A stretch of DNA of 64,000 nt, from positions 640,001 to 704,000 of the forward strand of contig CAVWVI010000004.1 of the NCBI GenBank assembly GCA_963758495.1. Direction: 5' to 3'. The position numbers and the translations under genes are program-made. Source of the DNA: Oligoflexia bacterium (GTDB lineage: Bacteria; Bdellovibrionota; UBA1018). Below, piece after piece: positions 1 to 10,077 of the stretch (position 1 is its first letter; each line of letters starts with the position of its first letter). The notes under the pieces were generated by a model. It made no database searches and was not told the origin of the DNA. It saw only the letters and a list, made by a program, of their open reading frames with translations.

Positions 1-261
1 CCTTCGGGAGTTTTTCATCTCTGCAATTCTGGAGAAACTACCTGGCATGAATTTGCCCTCGCCATCTTTGAGTTAGCCCGTTCAAAGAAAATGCCGCTTC
101 AAATCAAAAAAGTAGAACCGATTCTTACATCCGAATATCCCACCCCTGCTACACGTCCTCTCAATTCACGGTTGAACCTAAATCAGATTTATCATGTATT
201 AGGAGTTAGCCTTCCAGATTGGAAAATCGGCCTCAAAGAGTGCATGGAGCATATTAAATGA
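1..261 (+). CDS. rfbD: dTDP-4-dehydrorhamnose reductase, 3' part (5' end outside window)
   Basis: Frame 1 reads ...GVFHLCNSGETTWHEFALAIF...TSEYPTPATRPLNSRLN...LPDWKIGL, the typical RmlD C-terminus; stop TGA 259-261 overlaps the rfbC ATG (ATGA). Confidence 0.92.
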   Translation, partial: PSGVFHLCNSGETTWHEFALAIFELARSKKMPLQIKKVEPILTSEYPTPATRPLNSRLNLNQIYHVLGVSLPDWKIGLKECMEHIK

Positions 262-812
262 AAATCACCTCTCTTGATTTACCGGGTTTAAAGCTAGTTG
301 AATTACAGATTCACGGAGATCACCGAGGCTTCTTCGTAGAACGTTTTAATGAGGCAAAATTTAAAGAAGCAGGTTTAACAACGCACTTTGTCCAAGACAA
401 CCACTCTCGCTCTTCTCCGGGTGTTCTGAGAGGACTCCATTACCAAGTAAGCCCTGCCCAAGGAAAACTCGTAGGAGTCATTCGAGGAAAAGTTTGGGAT
501 GTTGCTGTCGATATTCGCCCCAAGTCTCCTACCTTCGGAAAAAGTTTTGGAGTTGAACTCAGTGGAGAAAATGGAAAAATGTTGTGGATCCCAGCAGGAT
601 TTGCGCATGGATTCTGTGTACTCGGAGATGAACTAGCCGATATGCTCTATAAAGTAGATGGCCTTTATAATCCAAAAACAGAGGGAGGGATCCACTGGGC
701 TGATCCTGAACTCAATATTCCATGGCCTACGAGTCATCGTACAGTTTCAGAGCGAGACGAAAAGCTACCCTCATTTGCGGCTTACAAAAAAGCCCCTTCT
801 GACTGGGCATAG
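258..812 (+). CDS. rfbC: dTDP-4-dehydrorhamnose 3,5-epimerase
   Basis: Motifs DHRGFF, QDNHSRS, GVLRGLHYQ, DVAVDIR and WIPAGFAHGF. Confidence 0.97.
   Translation: MKITSLDLPGLKLVELQIHGDHRGFFVERFNEAKFKEAGLTTHFVQDNHSRSSPGVLRGLHYQVSPAQGKLVGVIRGKVWDVAVDIRPKSPTFGKSFGVELSGENGKMLWIPAGFAHGFCVLGDELADMLYKVDGLYNPKTEGGIHWADPELNIPWPTSHRTVSERDEKLPSFAAYKKAPSDWA
651..812 (+). repeat. 162-bp direct repeat, copy 1 (3' end of rfbC)
   Basis: Matches 1823-1984 with 7 substitutions by manual comparison. Confidence 0.95.
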
Positions 813-836
813 GTTTTTGACTTCCTGAATCATTTT

Positions 837-884
837 TATTCTAATAATTGGCATATTTTTAAATTTTTGCCAATTATTAGAATA
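837..884. repeat. Perfect 17-bp inverted repeat with 14-nt spacer (hairpin, terminator or binding site)
   Basis: TATTCTAATAATTGGCA (837-853) and TGCCAATTATTAGAATA (868-884). Confidence 0.85.
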
Positions 885-932
885 GACTTACTCATAGATG
901 ATGATGACTATTTATTAACAAATAACACCTAT

Positions 933-960
933 TTGACATTTTTGTCATATTTGATAAGAT
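933..960 (+). promoter_or_regulatory. Sigma70-type promoter with overlapping palindrome, probably leaderless for the GTG at 967
   Basis: TTGACA (933-938), 16 nt, TAAGAT (955-960); the palindrome TGACA-N4-TGTCA overlaps the -35. Confidence 0.6.
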
Positions 961-966
961 TGTCTT

Positions 967-1344
967 GTGAAGCTTCCAAATTCCTTTAATCAAGATGGCT
1001 TACTACCCCCTGAGAATTACACAGCAACTTTGAACGACATTGACGGTTATTTTGTTTGTGCGGAAGAAAGATTTATTTCTAAAGATCTGCATCGAGACCT
1101 CAACGCGTTGGATCCGTTTAAAGTTTGGACTTGGGCTCCTCGAAGTAGAATGTCCGCGGTGGGTTCTCCAAAATTGCAACTTCCGATGTGGCATCAGTAC
1201 CGCGTAGAACTTTATCCACATTTTGGCCAAAGTTCTGGAATCTGCGACGCTAGAGGATATGAATTGGAATTTCCGTCCGCCTTTCGACAAACTCGCGAAG
1301 CCGGAAAACCCAAAGGGATTGTTCAATTATTAAGGGAGGGTTAA
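967..1344 (+). CDS. DUF6932-like putative nucleotidyltransferase/toxin, apparently with an internal in-frame deletion
   Basis: FNxDGLLPP start, NDIDGYF, KVWTW, LPMWHQYRVELYPH and KPKGIV; the GSF-containing segment expected before NDID is missing. Confidence 0.6.
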   Translation: MKLPNSFNQDGLLPPENYTATLNDIDGYFVCAEERFISKDLHRDLNALDPFKVWTWAPRSRMSAVGSPKLQLPMWHQYRVELYPHFGQSSGICDARGYELEFPSAFRQTREAGKPKGIVQLLREG

Positions 1345-1347
1345 CCT

Positions 1348-1812
1348 ATGCTCCGAACAGAAGCCGAATATCAAGAAGCATTGAATCGCCTTAAAGCTGA
1401 AAAAAAGCGAATGGATGATCATAAGAAAAAATTGAAAGAAAAAGGCCTTACCTCTGAGCAGATCGAGACGGCTCTTGAACCTATGGAGTCTTTCCATTTG
1501 CAATGGGTCGAAGAAGTTGAAGCCTACGAAAGACTCAAAAGAGGTGATCTAGGGGAGCTTCAGAATCTACATGGACTGGGAACTATGCTCATCTCCCTTC
1601 GTATTGCCCGTGGGCTCTCGCAGACAGATCTTGCTAATCGCCTTGAGATTGATGTTTCACAAGTATCCCGCGATGAGAGAAATGAGTATCACGGGGTCAC
1701 TGTTGATCGAGCTAGCAGAATTCTAGATGCATTGAGGGCTAATCTAAAAAGTAAACCTGAATCACCTATTTTCCCGGAGAAAAGTCCACAAGGGAAGAAA
1801 AAGGTAGCTTGA
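1348..1812 (+). CDS. XRE-family HTH protein (HigA-like antitoxin)
   Basis: N-terminal 'MLRTEAEYQEAL' coiled coil; C-terminal HTH LISLRIARGLSQTDLANRLEIDVSQVSRDE; 3 nt downstream of the previous gene. Confidence 0.85.
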   Translation: MLRTEAEYQEALNRLKAEKKRMDDHKKKLKEKGLTSEQIETALEPMESFHLQWVEEVEAYERLKRGDLGELQNLHGLGTMLISLRIARGLSQTDLANRLEIDVSQVSRDERNEYHGVTVDRASRILDALRANLKSKPESPIFPEKSPQGKKKVA

Positions 1813-1822
1813 TACATGAATC

Positions 1823-1984
1823 AAAGTAGATGGCCTTTATAATCCAAAAACAGAGGGAGGGAGCCACTGGGCTGATCCTGAACTCAATATTCCATGGCCT
1901 GCGAGTCATCGTACAGTTTCAGAGCGAGACGAAAAACTACCGTCATTTGCGGCTTACAAAAAAACCCTTCCTGACTGGGCATAG
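1823..1984 (+). repeat. 162-bp direct repeat, copy 2 (displaced rfbC 3' end, att-like)
   Basis: AAAGTAGATGGCC...GACTGGGCATAG, about 96% identical to 651-812. Confidence 0.95.
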
Positions 1985-2121
1985 CATTTTGATTTAAAGA
2001 AAGCCGTTTGTTATGCCGAAAAATTATATATTATCATGGGAAATTATCATATAATTTACTGTTTTTATTAATACTTAGCCCATAATATTGACATTTTATA
2101 TGGGATATAGTAATTTGAATC

Positions 2122-3319
2122 ATGAATCAAATGAAACCTATGGCCATCAACGAAAATCAAAGAATCAGTCCGGATGCACTGATCTCAGCACTCAAGAGGA
2201 GGGATTCTTCCTTAAACGGTCTGGCCAAAGACTTAGGGGTAAGCTCGTCTAGCTTTCATCGGTGGGTACATACCGACAAGGCAATTCCTAGAAATTTGAT
2301 CTGGGAAATTGGGATGAAGCTCGATCTCGACAAGGAAGAAATGGATACCCTGTTGATGGTACCGAAGTATCGCACTTTTTTTGGCGGCGATACCTGGGCG
2401 AGGTACCCGAAGAGACGCGAAAAAATGCGATCGAATTAGCCAAGACCTATCTTAATTTATCTACGCTTCATTCGGATGCGAGATTTTGTCCTACAGACCT
2501 ATCGTCAGAAGACAATCCAGAAACAGTAGCGGAGCATGTCAGACGATATTTTACTTTTCTCCAACCACTAAGTTTGCCCCAGATGCTTACTCGGTTAAGA
2601 GAAGTAGGCGTCGAGGTAGGGTTTGTGCGGTTTGCTGACTTCTGTGCGGCTGCCACCGATACTGATGTTAAGGAAGATGCATTTTCTGTAACAGATGAGA
2701 GCCGATTTTGTATTTTTTGCAATACTGAATCAGTGAATATCGGAAAGCTTCCTTTTGTTGTTGCACACGAGCTTGCCCATCTTTTTCGTAGCAACGCGAA
2801 AATTACTAAAAACGAAGAGCAATTCTGCAATCGTGTAGCAGCCGAAATTATTCATCCAAAAATGTATTTTTTAGAAAGGCAAACTGCTTTTCAATTAATT
2901 TTAGATAGTGGTGATAGAAACGCAATTATCGGGATGATAGATCAGATCGTCGATGATTTGGGCGGTGAATTCTGGGAGTATCACTTCGGCTCGAGCAACT
3001 CGGGCTATTAAAGCCAAAGCACAAATTTCTTCTTCAGATAGGACGAGAACGCAATCAGCGAAGTGAATCTATCGAGACGTTATTTTTTCAAGATATTCGT
3101 TCTCCAGAGCTCAGTGACTTATCAAAGTTTTGGAATGACTCAAAGCTGATGTCAAATCCTGTTTATCACTACTACTCTATTGTGAAACGTGGAATACAAA
3201 GCGAGCGGATGACACCACGATCCTTTTCTACTTTGTTTAATGTCAGTTTTGCAATCGCTGAAAGTCTTAGCCCGAAGTTGGAGAGCACAATTCCAGCACG
3301 AGTTAGAACTCAATCATGA
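2122..3319 (+). pseudogene. HTH plus ImmA/IrrE-family (HExxH) metallopeptidase, broken by two frameshifts
   Basis: N-terminal HTH (SSLNGLAKDLGVSSSSFHRW), AHELAH and EEQFCNRVAAEII; frameshifts at the poly-T near 2376-2382 and at TGGGA near 2973-2977; the final frame stops at TGA 3317-3319, overlapping the next ATG. Confidence 0.8.
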
Positions 3320-3888
3320 CTAGAATTGTGATCGGGGATACCAGCGCAATCATTCAGCTCGCTATCATTTCTTTTTCTTTTTTTGCTTTTCTACCGGACC
3401 TCGAAATCGTTATTCATGCTAAGGCGATGGTCGAAATTCAGGGTATTTACACTAATCCTGATGCCAATGAAGCAATTAAGCCCTTTTTAAAACACATTAT
3501 CGATAATGTTGGGACGATTAGTAAATATACTGAGCCCACTACAAAAAAATATTCTCAAATGGATCAGTTGATACAGGCAATCGAAAGCGGAATGTCTGCT
3601 CCAAAGTCTGCCCCGACTGACAAGAATGATCGATTTTTTCTCATACTTGCGAAACACAATAACTTTCACCTTTGCACTCGGGAAGGTACTCTTTATTCTC
3701 TAGCAAGAGAAGTTTTAGGCATTGAAAAGGCATGGGGTGTTTCGGACGTTATTGACTATGCAGTAAACATGGCCTTGATACGGAGAGATGCAATTCAGGA
3801 AGGGCTTAATCGCCTTGCAGAGACAGGGGAGACCCTTCACCGTAGATGCAGAGAAAATCTAAAAGATTCTGGCTATAGAATTACCTAA
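3316..3888 (+). CDS. PIN-domain protein (putative VapC/DUF3368-like nuclease toxin)
   Basis: IVIGDTSAII, E in AMVEI, DKNDRFFLILA and LCTREGTL follow the PIN pattern; translationally coupled to the peptidase gene. Confidence 0.7.
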   Translation: MTRIVIGDTSAIIQLAIISFSFFAFLPDLEIVIHAKAMVEIQGIYTNPDANEAIKPFLKHIIDNVGTISKYTEPTTKKYSQMDQLIQAIESGMSAPKSAPTDKNDRFFLILAKHNNFHLCTREGTLYSLAREVLGIEKAWGVSDVIDYAVNMALIRRDAIQEGLNRLAETGETLHRRCRENLKDSGYRIT

Positions 3889-4020
3889 GAATGGACAATC
3901 AGCACTCACCTAAAACTTGGCCGGATTTTAACCCTTGATTAGCATTTGCAAGGAAGTCCACTCCTAAACATTGACTCGACCTGAGTGATTGAGAGATAAT
4001 AACAATGGAGCCGTTCAATC

Positions 4021-4764
4021 ATGCCTAAACTCACAGTCATTGTCCCTGTCTATAATGAAGCTCGCGATCTCGAAAATGTAGTGCGCTTTCTTTTGAAGGT
4101 CCCGTGTCCCATGGAACGAGAATGGATTTTTATCGATGACCACTCGACTGATAAAAGTTTAGAAATTCTCAAGAAACTAAAAGCTGAATTTGGTTTTCAA
4201 TTACTCGAACAACCTGAAAATCAAGGAAAAGGTGCAGCGATTATCTTAGGTATTACAAAAGCTACAGGTGACTATATCATTATCCAAGATGCTGACACAG
4301 AGTATGATCCTCACGATATACCTTCTCTACTTCAGCCGATATTAGAGGGGAAAGCAGATGTTGTTTACGGAAGTCGATTTAAAAAGAGTGCGCTCCAAGT
4401 ACATCGCACTTATCATTATTTCGTAAATCTTTTATTAACTGTCATAAGTAATTTACTCTCTGGAATTTATCTTACTGACATGGAGACTTGCTATAAAATC
4501 TTCCGAGCAGATTTACTCAAAAGCATGAATTTACGATCCAAAAGATTCGGAATTGAAGTCGAGATGACTGCCTATGTTGCAAAAACCCGAACTCGGATTT
4601 ATGAACTTCCCATCTCTTACTTCCCAAGAACACGACTCCAAGGAAAAAAAATTAACTGGAGAGATGGGGTTGCTGCTCTCTTTCATTTAATCCGATTTAA
4701 TCTTTTTACAAGTCCTGAAGAAGCATTTAAGAAGAAATTTACAGGTAATGCATTACAACGATAA
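4021..4764 (+). CDS. Glycosyltransferase family 2 (DPM/ArnC-like)
   Basis: [39 protein letters not shown] and DMETCYK. Confidence 0.95.
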   Translation: MPKLTVIVPVYNEARDLENVVRFLLKVPCPMEREWIFIDDHSTDKSLEILKKLKAEFGFQLLEQPENQGKGAAIILGITKATGDYIIIQDADTEYDPHDIPSLLQPILEGKADVVYGSRFKKSALQVHRTYHYFVNLLLTVISNLLSGIYLTDMETCYKIFRADLLKSMNLRSKRFGIEVEMTAYVAKTRTRIYELPISYFPRTRLQGKKINWRDGVAALFHLIRFNLFTSPEEAFKKKFTGNALQR

Positions 4765-4930
4765 AATGAATCTGCCAAAAGAGCAATAGTTGGAAGCTTT
4801 TGAGATGCGTTACTCATAATTTATTCCTACTTTATGAGCAAAGTTAAACCTTTTAAAGCATAATCTTCTCTACACTTTCTGTTCCTGTTTTTCCTTGCAT
4901 TCATTGCGTACACCTATCAAACATATTTGA

Positions 4931-5758
4931 ATGAAAACATTCTGGTCGACCATTCAAGGCTCTAAAAGTCTACCTGCTTCGGTATTCATGTTCTTTATTT
5001 CTATTTATCTCTATTTCCCAGGACTGATGAGCGTCGATTCGGTCACTCAGCTAGAACAAGCTTATGCACACCAGTACTTAGATTGGCACCCCCCCATTAT
5101 GAGTGTTCTTTGGGCCTTGCTCAACCACATCTATTTTGGTCCAGCTCCATTTTTGATTTTGCACAATCTTGTTTTCTGGGGAGCCTTGGGCCTTTTTGCT
5201 GAAATTATTTTCGAGACAAGAACAAAAGCGAGCTGCTTCATCATCGGAATTGGATTATTTCCAACTGTCATTACCCAAACTGGGATCATTTGGAAAGACG
5301 TGGGGTTTTCATTTTCATTGTTTTTTATCGCTGTAGCGCTCTTCGCGATCCAGGAGCGCAGAACTATTTTAGCACGACGAAAATTACTAGTAGCTCTCAT
5401 TCCCTTCCTCTTTTATGCAACAGCGGTCCGAGCAAACTCAATACCTGCAATTCCCTTGGTTCTATTTTGGGCGCTCTCGATCTATTGGCCCGATTGGACT
5501 TTCTTGAAGCGAGCATTCCTATCAGTCGCAACTACATTTTTATTCGTAATCGCCGTATTGATCTTTAATCGTGCCGTTACGAGTGGTGAATCAGCCCATC
5601 TGGAGCAGCAAATTAAGGCTTATGATTTAGTAGGTATCACAATGAAGACAGGTCAAATCTTGGTGCCAGAGTATGTGAAACAAAAGCAATTAGTAGGTCA
5701 CAATGAAGATCAAGAATCGGTCCCCATTCCCAACATATTGCGCAACCTGCTCCCCTAA
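4931..5758 (+). pseudogene. Polytopic membrane protein (GT-C-like), probably 3'-truncated
   Basis: FPGLMSVDS...DWHPPIM, IWKDVG and multiple TM segments; it ends abruptly after an imperfect internal duplication (TTAGTAGGT..CACAATGAAGA near 5627 and 5691). Confidence 0.55.
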
Positions 5759-6420
5759 GTGTCCCAAACAGAGAACGACATCACTGGATCCCCCTCGCTT
5801 GAATCGCTTTGTGAATTACAGATGATCAGAAATGAATTAATTTTATGACTTCTACATGCTACCTGTAAGAGGGAATGTGGGGAAATTTTTGGTATAGTAG
5901 ATTGTTATATTGTTTTGATAATTTAATTTGTTTTTATTAAGTAAGGTTTAAGGGATATTTTTGATTAGAGGTTGGTTTACACGCTCTTGTGATTTACTTT
6001 GCGCCCGATGCTGTAATCATAAATTAAGGTGATCATCAGCCTGCATGCAAGTCGAAGTGCATTGTTATATACTGCTGGGTATTTTTTCTACAATCCAAGC
6101 TGCGATCTACGGTATTTATATTGGCCGATTCTTGCTGTGATTTTTTCGTTTGTCGTATTGATTTGGGGAGTTCGTCAAACCCGAAATTTCTGAGCACTCT
6201 AAAAGTATGCTATTCAAAACATTTGTCGTTTCTATGGGTGAAACTCATATTCACCTTTAACCTCAATATCATAAATTAATATGATTTATAAATTAAAAAC
6301 ATATAACAAATTCACAGATCACTTATATTGGACTTCAAAATAATAACTCCCTAAACTTTGCTTGATTGTGCTTATCAGAGAAGAATTAGCAGATGATTTT
6401 TTGACTGCTTACCCCTGTGC

Positions 6421-7860
6421 TTGACCATTACAGGATACGACTTGAATGGCCTCGTCTCTGCTGCCTCCAATTTGGCATCAACTCTAGACACACCTCCAGA
6501 AAGTACAAACCCCACGCCTGCAATACCAGGCGCATCTTCAACTCTCAGTTTGTCTCCCACATCATTAACTCTCATTACTGGCGAGAGTGCTACTTTTAGC
6601 ACGACTGGAGGGACACCCGCATATACATATAATTCATTGCTTGGTTACATCAATTCAACAACAGGAGTTTATGCTGTACCTCTGGGTATCAGTCCAACTT
6701 CCGACACAATCAGAGTCAATGATAATTCTGGAAATCAGACATCAGCAAATGTAACCATTAGCGCATTTCAAAACTGAAAGATTCTTACTGTGGAATGGCG
6801 ACAGGACTCTTGGCTGAAGGCAGCTCAATTACGATTGATTCAAGCGGAAATATCTATGCTGCTGGTCTAGTAATGGATCCTTCTTTCGGCTTTATACTGG
6901 ATCGTAAGAAAAAGTTCTGATGGTGGAATCACGTGGAACAACGTCGACGTCTACCAATATGCGGCCGGAGCTCCTGCATGGGCGAATGCGATCACAGTAG
7001 ACTCAACCGGCAATTTGTACGCTGGAGGCCAAGCATGGAATATGCCTAACGGTGGTCAAATATACGGAGTTGTAAGAAAAAGTTCTGACCAAGGAAACAC
7101 TTGGAGCACCGTCGATACTTTTCAGGATATGCCTCTCATTTCCGGTAGCGGAAATGGCGTAAAATCCATCGTCACTGACACTTCGGGTAACGTCTATGTT
7201 GCAGGGTCCAATGGAGGGTGGATTGTGAGGAAGAGTAGTAACGAGGGATCTACGTGGACTACGGTAGATTCATATCAATCGACTCCTGGAAGAGCAGCAA
7301 GTGCTAATGCAATCACTCTAGACAACTCAGGGAAGATTTATGCCGCTGGGTTTGGAACAAACTCATCAAATATGTGGCAGTGGATCGTAAGAAAAAGATC
7401 TAATGCAGGAACCATGTGGAGTACAGTCGATTTCTACAATTTAGACAGCGGACACTTTGCACTACCTAATGCTATCTCCGCAGACTCTTCGGGTAACGTC
7501 TACACTGCTGGATTTGAAGGAGCCTTCAGCCCTGGAGTTTTTTACCCACCCTCTAACTGGATTGTAAGGAAAGGGACGAATCATGGAAATGCCTGGGCTA
7601 CTGTTGATTCATCCCCAACTCGAGAAATTGGCGCCATGGCAAGTGCGATCACAGTCGACACCTCTGGTAATGTTTACGTCGCCGGTTATAGTCACAATAA
7701 TTGGACCGTAAAGAAAAGTTTTAATACTGGAACTACCTGGACGATTATTGATAGTTTTGGTGGAGGATGGGGACCCGCTGGAGCCGCTTCAGCGTCTGGA
7801 AAAATTTACGTAACTGGCATGGCAGGTAATGACTGGCTTACACGAATTCTATCTCTATAA
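6421..7860 (+). pseudogene. Fragmented secreted beta-propeller (SBBP/BNR-like repeat) protein with Ig-like N-terminus
   Basis: Repeats 'AITVDxSGNVYxAG...WIVRKSSDxGxTWxTVD' across ORFs 6421-6777 and 7015-7860; the gap holds the same repeat in shifted frames plus an in-frame TGA. Confidence 0.7.
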
Positions 7861-8195
7861 TTGAGGATAAGGAAGGTTATGATCTCATTGAATCCTTCGA
7901 TCAAGAAGTCAAAATAGTCAAATATTTGACGTGAGATTCTCAGAAGAAAGTCTAGTAAATAAAGCTTAGATCCTTATCTCCCCTTTTCGCATTCGGTTTT
8001 AAATCAACTAGACAGATTATGAACACTCATGAGTCATTACTCAAGCTGCTATCCATCAATCAAATAAGCTGAGTCATTTGCCAATCTCAGACGAAATTTT
8101 ATTAAATATTATGCTTTATTATCAACACATTGCATTATATTTATTGTTTTATATTGTTTTTTATTGTTATTTTGACGATAATATAAGGAGGCTGA

Positions 8196-8633
8196 GTGAT
8201 TGAAATATGGCTGACGGAACCTTACTACCGGGATTATCGAAAGAGAAAAGGATGGCTGTTCGATGAAAGTGAGAAATATAAGTTGTTTGACTTGACCCAA
8301 ACCCTTCAGAGAAATTGGCCAAAATGTGCCACCGATCCCTCGATCCCACCAGAATTGGGAACAGGATCACGCCTCTACTATCTGAAGTGTGACTTCACCC
8401 TACAACAAGCAACTTTTCGAGTGGCTTTTGGATACCATGATATCCCTGGGACCCAGGGAAGATTGGTAGCTTTAACCTGCCGGACTAAAGAGGAGCTATC
8501 CCGAGGGTCACAAAATGGAACCGCTGCCTGGTACGATCACATAGCCACAGTCGGAAGAGCTCGCTGGCGCGACTACCATACAGGCCACATCGCGGCCTGG
8601 AGAATTTACCGTTCCGATGGAACCACAGGATAA
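8196..8633 (+). CDS. Hypothetical protein, possible divergent RelE/HigB-fold toxin
   Basis: RBS AAGGAGG; pattern IEIWLTEPYYRDYRK...LYYLK...FRVAFGY...RLVALTCRTK; upstream of an XRE gene. Confidence 0.5.
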   Translation: MIEIWLTEPYYRDYRKRKGWLFDESEKYKLFDLTQTLQRNWPKCATDPSIPPELGTGSRLYYLKCDFTLQQATFRVAFGYHDIPGTQGRLVALTCRTKEELSRGSQNGTAAWYDHIATVGRARWRDYHTGHIAAWRIYRSDGTTG

Positions 8634-8644
8634 AGGAGGTCAAT

Positions 8645-9187
8645 ATGAACGCACTCATTCGAGCAAAAATAGACTCAGTACATTACCGCGCCGGTATTTT
8701 TGAAACTGTTCTTAAACACTTTGGGAAAACTGTTGATTCTAGGACGGCCGAAAAGATCGCCGCCGTAGTTGACTTTGCTTACACGAATGACCTTCTTTTC
8801 GAGGAGTTCGAACTGTGGATGGAAAATAAGAATGACAAAGTCTTTCTCTATCAAGTCGACCATTTTTTAGAAAATAAGGACAAGAAGTCGCTTCCCTCTG
8901 AAAAACGCGACCTAACCGGAAAATCAAACGAGATTCAAGCAATCAAAGAACAAGCTGATAGAGATTTTGCGAAGAGTTTTGCGACAAAACTCCAAGCATT
9001 GGCACTGGAGCGCGGCCTAAAAACCAATCAGGAACTTGGCGAATTCCTTGGAGGAATGACAGCGGAGCAAGCACGAGTGCTCTTGGAGGGACGACATAAA
9101 CCCCAGAGAAAGACTCTTCTGAGAATAGCTGCGGCATTTGAAACCAAAATTACCGATCTAATTACCATCGAATCGCTCAGCGACTAG
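8645..9187 (+). CDS. Protein with C-terminal XRE HTH (putative antitoxin)
   Basis: RBS AAGGAGG; ERGLKTNQELGEFLGGMTAEQARVLLEGRHKPQRKTLLRIAAAF. Confidence 0.75.
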   Translation: MNALIRAKIDSVHYRAGIFETVLKHFGKTVDSRTAEKIAAVVDFAYTNDLLFEEFELWMENKNDKVFLYQVDHFLENKDKKSLPSEKRDLTGKSNEIQAIKEQADRDFAKSFATKLQALALERGLKTNQELGEFLGGMTAEQARVLLEGRHKPQRKTLLRIAAAFETKITDLITIESLSD

Positions 9188-9363
9188 GTCCGTATCCAGA
9201 CTCCTGATCCATTTGTTACAAGAACGCCCCCCCCTGATCACTTTGATGTTGTTCCGAATTTTGGTGATTTTGGTGATTTTGGTGATGCTGAGCAACTACA
9301 TTTGCGTCCAGGAACTGGCCACTCGATCTCGATTATTTCGTTAAAACGCTGGTATAAAACCAA

Positions 9364-9651
9364 TCATCCGTCACCATAGACATCGTTGCGATGTTTAATG
9401 AGGACAATGATCACAATATTCTTCTGCATATCAATACGATAAACGATCCGATAATCGCCGACCCTAATTCTACGATGGCCAATAAAACTATAACGAAGCG
9501 GTTTCCCCAAACCAATGGGATCAACAGCCAACCGTGTTCCAATTGCACCTTGTATGCGACTACGCATAGTTTTTGGAAGAGCAGAAATGTCCTCTTCGAC
9601 CACGGTATCTAGATATTCAATATCAAATGGCTTATTTCCAGGCTTTGTCAT
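9364..9651 (-). CDS. relE: Type II TA toxin, RelE/ParE family
   Basis: GKPLRYSFIGHRRIRVGDYRIVY...IKHRNDVY; overlaps the antitoxin stop. Confidence 0.92.
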   Translation of the reverse strand: MTKPGNKPFDIEYLDTVVEEDISALPKTMRSRIQGAIGTRLAVDPIGLGKPLRYSFIGHRRIRVGDYRIVYRIDMQKNIVIIVLIKHRNDVYGDG

Positions 9652-9853
9652 GAGGTACAGTTTTCTTTGATTTATTTTCGCGTTTCATTGCCATTTCTGA
9701 CAGGAGGAGATCTTCATGCTTTTCTAAGGCGTCTTCAATGAGCTCTTTAGCCACGACTGACATGGATTTATCCTCTTGTTTGGATATTTTTTCCACCATC
9801 TCATAAAGCTGATTATCCAAGACAACATTTAATCGGGGATTCTTTGTAGGCAT
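9632..9853 (-). CDS. Ribbon-helix-helix antitoxin (RelB/CopG-like)
   Basis: MPTKNPRLNVVL...SMSVVAKELIEDALEKHED...VPHDKAW; RBS AAGGAGG. Confidence 0.88.
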   Translation of the reverse strand: MPTKNPRLNVVLDNQLYEMVEKISKQEDKSMSVVAKELIEDALEKHEDLLLSEMAMKRENKSKKTVPHDKAWK

Positions 9854-9975
9854 GAGTAGCCTCCTTTTATTTAACTCTTAGTGTCTCACTAGTGATGAAC
9901 TATGTCAACAGGCTTTTTTTAAGTTAAAACTGAGCTTGGTGGCAGTAAAGCCGCTTTGATCTAGGAGAGGTCATT

Positions 9976-10059
9976 ATGAAAAAGGAACCTACCACCAAAG
10001 AGGGGGATGATGATGATGATGATGATGACGTAATGCTCGTGAAGGACTCTCTGGTTTGA
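9976..10059 (+). CDS. Possible 27-aa acidic micro-protein MKKEPTTKEGD8VMLVKDSLV
   Basis: AGGAGAGG 5 nt upstream of the ATG; contains (GAT)7GAC. Confidence 0.3.
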   Translation: MKKEPTTKEGDDDDDDDDVMLVKDSLV

Positions 10060-10077
10060 TCAGCGGAACCCGAACGT

